Shown one piece after another: positions 40,449 to 50,265 of a DNA stretch of 64,000 nt. The position numbers and the translations under genes were made by a program. Source of the stretch: a virus; IMG/VR virus record IMGVR_UViG_3300002092_001548, positions 74,209-138,208 of that record, one strand, 5' to 3'. Numbering within the stretch: the stretch's first letter is position 1; each line of letters begins with the position of its first letter. A model generated the notes under the pieces. The model worked only from the letters and a program-made list of their open reading frames with translations, was not told the origin of the DNA and ran no database searches.

Positions 40449-41291
40449 TTAAAGAAATGGTAGATCTTTATAGATACTATCATAAGCACCAAATTTTTCA
40501 ATAAGTTTCTTTCTTCTTTTTTCTTGGGCAACGAGATAGAAATTATCCATACCAGTATCAATAGCAGAGCAATCACCAGTTTCATCAATCTCAAGAACCT
40601 GACATAGACCACAATCAATGTTGGCATTAATACCACCATTCTCATTCCAAATATTAGTTTTACCCATTGTAGGAGTATGACCATAGACTTGTTTTAATCC
40701 TTTGGATACATGACCTTCTTGGAAGTCATCACACCAAAGGATACCACCAACTTTTTGCATACCACCACGACAACGACCTACCGCACCAATGGTTTCATTC
40801 CATTTACGATTAAGATAATCATCAGTAGCTTTTGCAAGTTTATCAAGAATAACATCATTGCTCATACCTTTAATGGGATGTTCAAACCAATGAGGATGAA
40901 TACCAGCATGAGTAAACCAAACACCATTACCATAATGAGCAAACTTGATCTTATCCCAGTGCGATTCAGTCATTACACGATTAATGGCATCATCTTTCTT
41001 CATATCATAACCAGAGCAGTTATAGATATTCTGAAGACTACCAAGCGAATCCTTGATATAATTTAGATAAGAATAATTGATATCATGATTACCCATCAAA
41101 TGGATACGATTAGGCTTATCAAGCGATTCCTTGAGCCAAGTAGCAGTTTGAATTGCATCTTGCGCAGTATCGCCAAAATCATCAAAGTAATCACCAGTAA
41201 ACACGACAAGATGAGTCTTATCGTAAAGGCTCGCGATTTGTTCCGCCTCAACCCAATGATTGTGTACGTCTCCTATGGCTATGATGTTCAT
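40449..41291 (-). CDS. calcineurin-like metallophosphoesterase
   Basis: GDVH, GDYFD, GNHD, HAG, GHT. Confidence 0.9.
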   Translation of the reverse strand: MNIIAIGDVHNHWVEAEQIASLYDKTHLVVFTGDYFDDFGDTAQDAIQTATWLKESLDKPNRIHLMGNHDINYSYLNYIKDSLGSLQNIYNCSGYDMKKDDAINRVMTESHWDKIKFAHYGNGVWFTHAGIHPHWFEHPIKGMSNDVILDKLAKATDDYLNRKWNETIGAVGRCRGGMQKVGGILWCDDFQEGHVSKGLKQVYGHTPTMGKTNIWNENGGINANIDCGLCQVLEIDETGDCSAIDTGMDNFYLVAQEKRRKKLIEKFGAYDSIYKDLPFL

Positions 41292-41374
41292 TCTATAATT
41301 ATATTCTATTCTTTATATCAAGTCAATTCCAAAATACCGTTGACTCACCCTTCAAAAAACTGTAAATTATATAG

Positions 41375-41959
41375 ATGGATCATTTGAAAAAAGAAAACGT
41401 TCTGGTTTTAAACCGAAACTGGCAGGCAATTCATGTAAAGAACCCGGCCGAAGCAATATCAATGATGTATTCCGATTCCGCAACTGGACTTGATGTTCGC
41501 GGGGAAGATAATATGGTTCCATTAAAATGGAAAGATTGGCTTAATTTAGACATCGGTGAAAATGATGATTCTATTCAGACAGTTAGTGGAAGAATTAAAA
41601 TTCCAAAAGTTATTGTTCTTTGCACTTACGATAAAGTACCGAGAAAACGCCCCAAGTTTTCAACCAGAGCGCTTTGGGAACGTGATAATGGGACTTGTCA
41701 ATACACCGGGCGCCAACTTGTAATTGGCGAGGCAAATGTTGACCATGTAATTCCAAGATCCAGAGGCGGAAGGACTGATTGGACAAATTGCGTTATCACT
41801 CATAAAGAAGTTAATTCAAAAAAAGCAGACCGAACCCCACAAGAGGCCGGACTAAAACTAATTCGTCAACCTCTTCCCCCAAGAGATTTGCCATCTACTT
41901 TCTATATCCGAAATAAACACAATGTAGAAGAGTGGAATATATTCTTGACTTATAATTAA
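41375..41959 (+). CDS. HNH endonuclease (McrA-like)
   Basis: VLVLN, RD..CQYTG, DHVIPRSRGG..W.N, N..K. Confidence 0.85.
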   Translation: MDHLKKENVLVLNRNWQAIHVKNPAEAISMMYSDSATGLDVRGEDNMVPLKWKDWLNLDIGENDDSIQTVSGRIKIPKVIVLCTYDKVPRKRPKFSTRALWERDNGTCQYTGRQLVIGEANVDHVIPRSRGGRTDWTNCVITHKEVNSKKADRTPQEAGLKLIRQPLPPRDLPSTFYIRNKHNVEEWNIFLTYN

Positions 41960-41979
41960 AAGATTCTTATTATTCTTTA

Positions 41980-42720
41980 ATGCAAGTTAAAATGTTCAAA
42001 CGGGATCCATCAGATAAAATTCTTGACCGTTATTTTGGAAAGCGTAACCTTCTTCCGTATGCCAGCGTTCAGTCTGTTGATGCATATTTTGCACTACCAA
42101 AAAATGAGCGCGAACGGTTTGGGCTATATCTTCGTCCACTAGCGCTTCCCGTTACTGGCTTTTGGTCATCTAATCCAGATATTAAAGGATGGGCTTTATG
42201 GGAAAAAGAAATTAAAAAACAATATCCAATTCAAGCCTATATTCGTGAATTTCTTTTATCTTACGATAATCCAGTTTACGCATTTCTTTCACTAAAGAAA
42301 ACACAATTAAATGACCTTAAGTGGAAAATTAACCGTTTAATTAAACCACTTCACCCACGAATTCATAAGGCATATCGCCGCCACGAAGTAAAAGACGTTT
42401 CATCTGCGCTCATAGATGTAAACTTTGCTCTTATCTTAGATTTTTGTCACGAGGAGGTTACAAATAGCGTTGTATGTTGGACGCACGATAAGAATCATAG
42501 GGATTTTCATAATCAATTAAAGAAAGCTGTTAAATATATCGAAGTAGAGCGCCCGGCGCTACAGGTTCGGGCCGATAAGGAATTAACAAGGGGAACCTTT
42601 TCAAAAAAAAGTGGTGTTAATAAATATGCAAAGTATTACCAACTAGAACAAAAAATTGAACAGCGCGATACCGCAACAGTTCTTTGGGCAATTAACAATC
42701 GCGGTTTCTTCTGGACATGA
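41980..42720 (+). CDS. hypothetical protein
   Basis: 246 aa ORF with its own sigma70-like promoter. Confidence 0.6.
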   Translation: MQVKMFKRDPSDKILDRYFGKRNLLPYASVQSVDAYFALPKNERERFGLYLRPLALPVTGFWSSNPDIKGWALWEKEIKKQYPIQAYIREFLLSYDNPVYAFLSLKKTQLNDLKWKINRLIKPLHPRIHKAYRRHEVKDVSSALIDVNFALILDFCHEEVTNSVVCWTHDKNHRDFHNQLKKAVKYIEVERPALQVRADKELTRGTFSKKSGVNKYAKYYQLEQKIEQRDTATVLWAINNRGFFWT

Positions 42721-43721
42721 GTTCACCTAAAATTCTTATCGTAGAGTCTACGAGTAAAACAAAACCACTCTGCCAAAATTTCAGCGATACGAGTATTGTT
42801 CACTGCCGAAACTCAATCATTTTAAAGAACTATTTGGGTGCAGACCTTCTTGATGGAGAGTATGCACTAGCATCAATTTTAAAGAATAAATATGACGTAA
42901 TCATATGTTGCTATGCCTCGCCATATATGCCGCATATTCCATATAGGAAGGTTATAGATCAAAACCCCGGCGCCCGACTTGTTTGGATGGTTAACGATCA
43001 CGACCTAGAGGATAATCAACTCTTACGCTACGCCATCACACAAGGTCGCAGCTATGATATGATCTGCAATAATCCAAGAAATGGATACAGGCATTGGATC
43101 TTGGGTAAGAATATTGAAGGCAAAAAACTAAATGACTTTATTATTGATTGGCACACAACTAATTTAAATTCATTAATTTTTAGAGATACTAGATCGATAC
43201 AGAATCCAGAAGGTAAGAATGGAACGGTTTACTATGGAACTTATAGAAAGCATCGCGCCGATGATTTTAAACTATATTTAAATCGCGGTATTACCGTATC
43301 TAGTTCTATTAAACACTGGAAGAAGTTTGAGGCATTAGGTTGTACGGCTAATTTTATTCGCCCCCTTGGGTGGGAGAAAGATAAGGAGAACCTTAGAGAT
43401 TTTAAATATTCAATTTATTTAGAAGATAAGCATACTCACGATAACTTTGCTTTTATGGCAAATCGTTACTATGAAGCCCTAATGTGCGATGTTGTTCCCT
43501 TATTTGCCCCCAATACGAGCAAAACACTAAAGGGAAGCAATTACGGTTCTGATATCGCGACCAGTCAGATTCTTCCAGAAGGCCTATATGGTGATGCACT
43601 ATTAGAATATACTTCCAAGCTAGACCACTCTTATTATATTAAGAATCAACGTTTGCAGTTTGATAATATTCTTGGAGAAAGACAAATGGTACTACAGGGA
43701 ATTAAAGATTTTTTATTTTGA
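42717..43721 (+). CDS. GT-B protein resembling T4 DNA beta-glucosyltransferase
   Basis: VYYGTYRKHR and ANRYYEALMCDVV resemble BGT YGGSFR..R and LRVWETMASDAV. Confidence 0.5.
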   Translation: MSSPKILIVESTSKTKPLCQNFSDTSIVHCRNSIILKNYLGADLLDGEYALASILKNKYDVIICCYASPYMPHIPYRKVIDQNPGARLVWMVNDHDLEDNQLLRYAITQGRSYDMICNNPRNGYRHWILGKNIEGKKLNDFIIDWHTTNLNSLIFRDTRSIQNPEGKNGTVYYGTYRKHRADDFKLYLNRGITVSSSIKHWKKFEALGCTANFIRPLGWEKDKENLRDFKYSIYLEDKHTHDNFAFMANRYYEALMCDVVPLFAPNTSKTLKGSNYGSDIATSQILPEGLYGDALLEYTSKLDHSYYIKNQRLQFDNILGERQMVLQGIKDFLF

Positions 43722-44462
43722 AATAATCTTGCAACTATTATTTAGAGAAGTGCTAACTACTGTTAGCGGAAAAGTAAGCCCCGCGCCACTATTATATAAG
43801 AATCTAATTTCAGTAGTTGTTAATGCTCTATTCCAGACACCAACCTCATCAATTTTAGCGCCATTTGAATTTGCTACATATGCCCCGCCTGGTACAGCTA
43901 ATAGTGCATAGTTTCCGCTATAACCAGTATTACTATCTGTACCATTAGCAACCAAATTACCATTATAATATATACTTATTGTAGACCCTTTTCTTATAAG
44001 TGTTGCCATGCACCAATTACTAGTAGATATCCCACCAGAAGGATAATAGGATAAATTTACAATAACATCTGGAACACCATAATAAATACTATCATGAGTA
44101 ACATTGAAATTTATTCCATTTCTATCGGGGCCACAAAATTGTTGAACCGTTCCATCAGTATTAGGAATAGTCCAATAATTGATTGTGAAATCTCTAGAAA
44201 AATCAAGCGAATTAGTTGTTTGTAACCATCCCGAACCATTTCCCAAAACACAACTATTAATGAGTCCAGTTGCCGTTGGTACAGTATTATGTAATATTAA
44301 AGTATTAGCATTACTTGTACTATCTAAACGATTACCACTTGCTTCATCTAATTTCCAATAAGCAATTAAATTACTAACTAAATTAAGAATATAATAATTT
44401 AATTTAATAGAGCAAGTATTATATTGCCCTAAAATAACACTCGATATTCTTACTAACGACAT
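43713..44462 (-). CDS. LamG/ConA-like lectin-domain virion protein
   Basis: LIAYWKLDE, IDEVGVWNRALT..EI..LYN. Confidence 0.8.
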   Translation of the reverse strand: MSLVRISSVILGQYNTCSIKLNYYILNLVSNLIAYWKLDEASGNRLDSTSNANTLILHNTVPTATGLINSCVLGNGSGWLQTTNSLDFSRDFTINYWTIPNTDGTVQQFCGPDRNGINFNVTHDSIYYGVPDVIVNLSYYPSGGISTSNWCMATLIRKGSTISIYYNGNLVANGTDSNTGYSGNYALLAVPGGAYVANSNGAKIDEVGVWNRALTTTEIRFLYNSGAGLTFPLTVVSTSLNNSCKIISK

Positions 44463-44464
44463 TT

Positions 44465-44701
44465 TTAAAGGAATGTATATTGACCACTTGCTAATAGGTC
44501 AGAAGCCCTATTTTGCGCACTTTCATTTGTCCAATTTGCGGCCTCAGTATATTGTTGTTCGCCACTCCATAGTATTAATGGCTTAGGAAGTCCGGCGACT
44601 AAACCCATAATTCTATAAGCTTTAAATTCATCTATTACATTTATTAGATTAATAGAATTAAGACTAACCTGTTGTGATGGTAATGTAACTTGTATGCTCA
44701 T
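44465..44701 (-). CDS. hypothetical protein (fibre-associated)
   Basis: Packed downstream of the fibre gene. Confidence 0.5.
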   Translation of the reverse strand: MSIQVTLPSQQVSLNSINLINVIDEFKAYRIMGLVAGLPKPLILWSGEQQYTEAANWTNESAQNRASDLLASGQYTFL

Positions 44702-44703
44702 AA

Positions 44704-46431
44704 TTAGTATTGGTAAATATTGAAAGTTCCGTCGGTATTTATATTAATTGACCAAGCAACCCCGTCACCATCATATAAAATTAAACCATCCGGCCCGGCT
44801 GATAAATTATTAGCCGTATTTGCAGTATTTGCATAAGTAGCGATACTAGCAGAAACGGCTGCGACATTACTAATATTAGCCCCATCTCCGTGTATTCCTC
44901 CAGAAATATAAACACCATTAGTAAAACCTAAAGTAAGCGATCCGTAACCTTGACCTCCAGTAATACTACCATCAGAAATAATCATTTCATTTCCATAACC
45001 TGAAATTAATGACCCACCATTACCACTTAGGGCTAGGGTTCCATTAATATTAACATCCGTGTTAAAAGTTTTTGTACCACTTATTGTTTGAGCGCCAGTT
45101 GTGTAAACCGTATTAGGAACGGAAGATATAAAACCGCTCGGATTTGATTTCGGATAGAGCGATGCCAATGAAGACGTTAATCCTAAAATTTTACTCTGTT
45201 GAATTTGTGCGTTAGCATCAACATCTGAATCGAAAATACCAGTGGCCGGGCTCTGATAAACACCATTTATCACCTTAACAACACCATTCCCCGCAACGGC
45301 GGGAATTGTTGTATGACAGTGCGATGGGCGGTAAGAATCATAATAGATAGTAATAGTTCTTGCGGTGTTCGTATTTTTAACCGCAAACATTTGAACGTAA
45401 AGACGTTCGTTCGTAGAAATACCAGTTTGAGGTACTGTTACGTTCAATAAATATTGAGCTACTGCTGTTGCATCATAAAGATAAACATAATCAGAAGCGC
45501 CCAAGAGACGATAGCTTCCAGCACCACTAGGGTTATATATATTAACAACTACTTTAAGTGCTGTTTGCGTTGCATTGGTACTATTTGTACTGGCCCAAAT
45601 GTTAAAATCCCAAAGTCCGGCTGGAATATTACTAATATTAGGATCACCACTGGCAGTTAAGAAACTAGATACTAATATGTCCGATCCTTTCGGCGAGAGG
45701 TCGGGAGTTGTATATTGCCCACTTCCCACTGAATAAGTTTTACCCCAAAGAGATACCGGAGTTAAACCTGTATTTAAACCTCCAGACGGTGCAAGTCCAG
45801 ACTGGTTTAAAAAATCAAAATAATATGTTATTCCACCACCACCATTCCCACCCGCCGCAACAGCGCCAGGCGCCCAAGCCGAACCATTCCATTGTAGCGT
45901 TTGACCAAGTCCGGGTGCCGATGGCTGAATTGGGAGACCCTGAATACTTGTTACAGTTGGAGAGAGTAAGGATCCACTTACGTCATAACCAGTAATATAA
46001 CTAAACTGAGAAACGCCCGTAATATAATTAGATGGATTATTGAGAGGATAATAACTTCCAGTTAAAGTTCCGCTTAAAGAAGAAATAGAAGAGGCAAGAG
46101 TCGAGCCAGTTAATCCTAAATTCGTAATTGTTGCATACATTAGTGCATCATAACCGCTTAAGCCAGTAAGCTGTATGTAGGTAGCATAGGAAGAAAGATT
46201 TACGCCCGTAATATAACCGCTCGGATTAGATGCGGCGTAAAATACGCCAGTTTGCGCTGTAGTTACAAACGAACCAGTTTGTGATTTCAAGGCATATCCA
46301 GTCAAAGACCCACTCACCCCACTAGCTAAACTATACCCAAGATTCCACTGCGTGGAATTACCACTAGGATCATAAATAACCCCAGACCCACTCAGGGTTC
46401 CATATACTGTTGTATTTCCTAGTAAAGCCAT
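44704..46431 (-). CDS. tail fibre-like protein
   Basis: G/S/T-rich, YPxxNPSGFI repeats, GQTLQWNGSAW, QTISGTKTF. Confidence 0.75.
   Translation of the reverse strand: MALLGNTTVYGTLSGSGVIYDPSGNSTQWNLGYSLASGVSGSLTGYALKSQTGSFVTTAQTGVFYAASNPSGYITGVNLSSYATYIQLTGLSGYDALMYATITNLGLTGSTLASSISSLSGTLTGSYYPLNNPSNYITGVSQFSYITGYDVSGSLLSPTVTSIQGLPIQPSAPGLGQTLQWNGSAWAPGAVAAGGNGGGGITYYFDFLNQSGLAPSGGLNTGLTPVSLWGKTYSVGSGQYTTPDLSPKGSDILVSSFLTASGDPNISNIPAGLWDFNIWASTNSTNATQTALKVVVNIYNPSGAGSYRLLGASDYVYLYDATAVAQYLLNVTVPQTGISTNERLYVQMFAVKNTNTARTITIYYDSYRPSHCHTTIPAVAGNGVVKVINGVYQSPATGIFDSDVDANAQIQQSKILGLTSSLASLYPKSNPSGFISSVPNTVYTTGAQTISGTKTFNTDVNINGTLALSGNGGSLISGYGNEMIISDGSITGGQGYGSLTLGFTNGVYISGGIHGDGANISNVAAVSASIATYANTANTANNLSAGPDGLILYDGDGVAWSININTDGTFNIYQY
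46262..46287. repeat. 26-nt exact repeat shared between the two fibre genes (second copy 48008-48033)
   Basis: GTTACAAACGAACCAGTTTGTGATTT in both, inside a longer imperfect match. Confidence 0.85.
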
Positions 46432-46485
46432 TTCTTATATTACACCTTTTTATTTTTATTATTTATTATTTAGATACCAAACCCA

Positions 46486-47394
46486 CTAACTAATACCAGT
46501 TACCTCATCAAATTGTCCAGATACTAGAAGACGACCATCACTAGTTTCTCTTTTGGCTATACTGCCGTCCTGAAGAGTAACCTCATCAAGCCCAGCAGTA
46601 AAAATAGTAGATATAGTTACTTTATTGGCGCTAGGATTTCCTCCAGTAAAGGGGAGTAAAGAAGAACTCGTCGCGCCGTTAACATTTGTAACAGTAAAAT
46701 TATTTGAACTACTATCTTTTAAATAATTTGAATTATTAGCCATGTTCAATAATAGTTTAGTATTTGTTATTGCTGTTAATCCGGTAGTAGGTACGGTGAG
46801 AGTTGTTAGAGTTGGATTATAAACTGCTGTACCATTAATAAATCTAAAGTTAGATATATAACCCCCAAATGGGGCACTACTACTCGTTGAAGCACCAATA
46901 TTCATTACTCCAGCCTGTGCAGCAATATTAACTGTAATATGAATTGTACTCGCTACTTTTACCCCATCTATGAATACTGCCCAGCTCGTTCCTTGGCGTA
47001 CAATAGCATAATGATGCCAAGCATTTAATGCTGGTAGCGCACCTAAACTAGGTATCCACGCCCAAGTATTAACACCATTAGCAATTGCAAAATTATGACC
47101 GCCCAACCCTACCGTAACATACATTAATTTAGTTTGCCAAGTAACAGCGCTATTATCATAACACCAAGGGCTATCATATGCCCCCCGGGTTGTTTGATAT
47201 TGCCACCACTCAATAGTAAAATCATTAACTCCCAAAGTAAATGCTGCGTTAGCCGGAACTGTTAGATATTGTGTTGACGCCGTTACAAATTTGATACTTC
47301 CATTCGTTGCACCAACAGCATACGTTACCTCATCAAAAGTACCCGCACTGCGATAAGTACCATTACTAAGTAGTCGTGCCGCTGTTATTGCCAT
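46486..47394 (-). CDS. LamG-domain virion protein
   Basis: DFTIEWW, WHHYAIVR, GYISNFRF..GTAVY, TKLLL. Confidence 0.8.
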   Translation of the reverse strand: MAITAARLLSNGTYRSAGTFDEVTYAVGATNGSIKFVTASTQYLTVPANAAFTLGVNDFTIEWWQYQTTRGAYDSPWCYDNSAVTWQTKLMYVTVGLGGHNFAIANGVNTWAWIPSLGALPALNAWHHYAIVRQGTSWAVFIDGVKVASTIHITVNIAAQAGVMNIGASTSSSAPFGGYISNFRFINGTAVYNPTLTTLTVPTTGLTAITNTKLLLNMANNSNYLKDSSSNNFTVTNVNGATSSSLLPFTGGNPSANKVTISTIFTAGLDEVTLQDGSIAKRETSDGRLLVSGQFDEVTGIS

Positions 47395-47403
47395 TTTTTT
47401 TAA

Positions 47404-48576
47404 TTAATTAAAAACTGTATCTAAACTCTGTGTCCCAGTATTATAGAACTGGTAAACTTTAACAAGACCACTTATACCAGTATAGTTTAGGGTTCCAACT
47501 GTTACCCCACTAAAAGAAGGGGAATTAGTTGTATTAAGTTGCTGGTTATAACCACTGATAAAACCAGACGGATTATTTAAGGGATAATAACTTCCCGTGT
47601 CCGCCGCACCAGTTGAAACTGCGACACCATTATATTGAAGCGTCCCAGTAAAATTATAACTTCCACCCAATGTTTGAGTTCCAGTTGTATAAACTAGTCC
47701 ACTAGGAAGTACCACAGCAGATGCCTCGCCACTCAAAAGAACGCCAGTTCCATTAACAGTTGGGCGAACTGTAAATGAGGCACTAGAAGTTGTTACGAAG
47801 CTGCCCGTATTAACACCCGTGATAAAACCAGACGGATTGTTAGACGGATAATAAGAGGCCAACTGTCCAGTCGTAGCGAAAGAACCAGTTTGTGCAGTTG
47901 TAACATAACTAGAAAGATTAACACCAGTAATAAAACCGCTAGGATTATTTAAAGGATAGTAACTTGTAAGTTGCCCAGTAGTTGCAAAAATTCCAGTTTG
48001 CGCAGTTGTTACAAACGAACCAGTTTGTGATTTTAGTGCATAAGTTATTACATCATAACCACTTAATCCGGTCAGTTGTGCGTATGTGGCATAGTTATTG
48101 GTTAAAGTCCCACTTAAAGAAGAAATTGAGCTAGCAAGTGTTGATCCCGTTGTCGCAAGATTTGTAATTGTAGCATAATTCGCAGTAACTGTTCCGCTCA
48201 AGGAATTAATTCGTGAATTTAAAGTTGACCCCGTAGAAGCGAGATTTATAGTAGTCGCATAAGTCGTTGCATCGTAGCCACTCATTCCAGTTAGTTGCGT
48301 ATAGGTAGCATAATTTCCACTCGAAGCGGTCAACGAATTGATTTGCGACTGAAGAACGCCACTTGTTCCGGTAATACTATAGTTACCGACATTACCTAGC
48401 CCAACATCTGATGCGCCCAAAGTAACATAGCCAATATATCCATTTACGGCCAAAACTGGAGAAGAATTCTGTGGAACTGTTACATTAACAACAGGTTGTG
48501 TGGGCGGCTGTACAGTTACGTTCGTTTGAACGACTGTCGGCGGATTCGCTGTAACATTTACATTAATTTCAGCCAT
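47404..48576 (-). CDS. tail fibre-like protein with tandem repeats
   Basis: YATY.QLTG, NLA.TGSTL, YYP.NNPSGFI repeats; DVGLGNV; RPTVNGTGVLL. Confidence 0.75.
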   Translation of the reverse strand: MAEINVNVTANPPTVVQTNVTVQPPTQPVVNVTVPQNSSPVLAVNGYIGYVTLGASDVGLGNVGNYSITGTSGVLQSQINSLTASSGNYATYTQLTGMSGYDATTYATTINLASTGSTLNSRINSLSGTVTANYATITNLATTGSTLASSISSLSGTLTNNYATYAQLTGLSGYDVITYALKSQTGSFVTTAQTGIFATTGQLTSYYPLNNPSGFITGVNLSSYVTTAQTGSFATTGQLASYYPSNNPSGFITGVNTGSFVTTSSASFTVRPTVNGTGVLLSGEASAVVLPSGLVYTTGTQTLGGSYNFTGTLQYNGVAVSTGAADTGSYYPLNNPSGFISGYNQQLNTTNSPSFSGVTVGTLNYTGISGLVKVYQFYNTGTQSLDTVFN

Positions 48577-48577
48577 A

Positions 48578-48994
48578 TTAAAGTGCGTAAGATCCAACTA
48601 CATTAACATTATCATAAACATTAAGATTTCCGGCGATATAAGTATTTGCCGCCTGACCAGAAACAATTTGAACTGCATAGTAATAGGCCCCGGCCCTGAA
48701 GTTCATCTGTGATCCTGACAATTGATTCAAAACTGCATAATTTCCACTAGTACCAGTAATTGAAATTGTTCCATTTGAGGTACTCCAAGTATTTGCGATT
48801 GTTTGCCATTGGCTGTCATAATCAACAATATCTTGATAAGTATTTGTCTCGTTATATTGAGTTCCCAGAGTGGCATTAATAGATACTCCACTCAAATTTA
48901 TTGGATTATTACTCGAATCTGTAAAGATAAAGGTAATTGGGCCGTAACTATCTCCTCTGTAGGCATCAGGTAAATTGTAGAGCGTGGGAATCAT
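48578..48994 (-). CDS. BppU-like baseplate/fibre-anchoring protein
   Basis: RGDS..ITF..D....INLSG...G.YYY.VQ...G pattern. Confidence 0.6.
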   Translation of the reverse strand: MIPTLYNLPDAYRGDSYGPITFIFTDSSNNPINLSGVSINATLGTQYNETNTYQDIVDYDSQWQTIANTWSTSNGTISITGTSGNYAVLNQLSGSQMNFRAGAYYYAVQIVSGQAANTYIAGNLNVYDNVNVVGSYAL

Positions 48995-49096
48995 AAGTAG
49001 GAATTTCTTATAATTACACCGAAAAGCATAAAATAAGGGGGTGATTCCCATTAAAAAGTTCTTGCCAAACTATTAAAATACTTCCAATATACGAAT

Positions 49097-49615
49097 ATGA
49101 CAACTGTAAAAACACAAAAAACGTACAAGCTAAGTAACTTTGAGGCTGGTGATCGTTTTGAGATCCCCTCTGTAACAGAGACAATGAGGAATTTAGTAGT
49201 TATTTCTTCCAATATCTCCTCAACTCTGGTCGAAGGTGAGCGCCGAGATACGGTTTCCGACACTTGGAAGCCATTTCGGTTCCCAATTTCAAATGATGTA
49301 AATGCCGTTTTAGTAACTAAGGGCGCGCCAAAGATCACAGACTCTGTTAAGACTAACGCTACAGATTCTACTACACAAACGGAACCTACTGAGGCCCGGC
49401 GCCGTGGTCGTCCTGCAAAGCAGTCGAAACCCCTAAATGAACTGGGTGGAACAAAAGGCGAGTTCACTGTAAAAGATTTGGTGGCAAAGAACGACTTAAA
49501 AGAGTACGATGCCCATAATTTGGTTCGCTCGGCTATCAAGAATGGCTCCATTAAGGTTGTCAGAGAAGAGTCTGGTGGCCGGGGCAAGCCAAGAAAGGTT
49601 TATTGTCTAGTTTAA
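49097..49615 (+). CDS. putative DNA-binding protein with AT-hook and winged-helix-like C-terminus
   Basis: RRGRP motif; FTVKDL...GGRGKPRKVY. Confidence 0.55.
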   Translation: MTTVKTQKTYKLSNFEAGDRFEIPSVTETMRNLVVISSNISSTLVEGERRDTVSDTWKPFRFPISNDVNAVLVTKGAPKITDSVKTNATDSTTQTEPTEARRRGRPAKQSKPLNELGGTKGEFTVKDLVAKNDLKEYDAHNLVRSAIKNGSIKVVREESGGRGKPRKVYCLV

Positions 49616-49622
49616 AGTTTAT

Positions 49623-49694
49623 TCCCGATTAGCTCAATGGTAGAGCGGCGCACTGTTAATGCGTATGTTGTTGGTTCGAGTCCAGCATCGGGAG
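49623..49694 (+). tRNA. tRNA-Asn(GTT)
   Basis: TCCCGAT/ATCGGGA acceptor, ctGTTaa loop, TTCGAGT T-loop; no encoded CCA. Confidence 0.9.
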
Positions 49695-49710
49695 CTTATA
49701 ATTAATTTTA

Positions 49711-49786
49711 TACGGTGTAGCTCAACTGGTAGAGCATCAGAATTTGGATCTGATGGTTGTAGGTTCAAGTCCTACCGCCGTAGCCA
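49711..49786 (+). tRNA. tRNA-Gln(TTG)
   Basis: T1-A72, G73, CCA; TCAGA-atTTGga-TCTGA. Confidence 0.85.
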
Positions 49787-50212
49787 CAAAAGCTTCTTTA
49801 TTTCCTCAAGTTCTGCTTTTAGCTCCGCATGTTCCATTTCTAATTTTTTATGATCTGCTAGGGCCTTTTTATCCAATCGTATATCTTCTTTTAATTGTAT
49901 AATAACTTCCTGTAAAGATACTAATAAAAGATAAGAATTTTTATCAATCTCTATATCACTTAATAAATGCTCCCGATCTTTTTCGCCTTGTCTACTAGAT
50001 GACATTAAAATTAGCGGCGTTGCATACGCCGCCTCAAATGATAAAAATAGATTTAAAAGAATAAAAGGATATGGATCAAAATGAACTAATTGCAGGGCAT
50101 TAATAGTAACCCAAATTGTTAGCAATACTGACTGAATAATTATAAAAGTCCATGACCCAATAAAACTAGTTATAATATCAGCCAATTTTATACTATAATC
50201 TTTTATATTCAT
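49772..50212 (-). CDS. DUF1003 membrane protein
   Basis: GSWTFII, FDPYPFILLNLFLS, PLILMS. Confidence 0.85.
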   Translation of the reverse strand: MNIKDYSIKLADIITSFIGSWTFIIIQSVLLTIWVTINALQLVHFDPYPFILLNLFLSFEAAYATPLILMSSSRQGEKDREHLLSDIEIDKNSYLLLVSLQEVIIQLKEDIRLDKKALADHKKLEMEHAELKAELEEIKKLLWLRR

Positions 50213-50265
50213 ATTGACTATTTTATAAATATATTTTACACTTGAATCTTATTGGATAATTAATA

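Noticed and set aside
43713-48994. Diversity-generating retroelement acting on fibre genes
   Set aside because: No reverse transcriptase in the window; repeat differences are mostly at third codon positions rather than adenine-specific.
49051-49587. 178-aa minus-strand ORF
   Set aside because: Antisense shadow of the 49097 gene, which has a promoter and recognisable motifs.
49711-49786. Reading this tRNA as Pro(TGG)
   Set aside because: Stem register TCAGA/TCTGA centres TTG in a 7-nt loop, and T1-A72 with G73 fits Gln.
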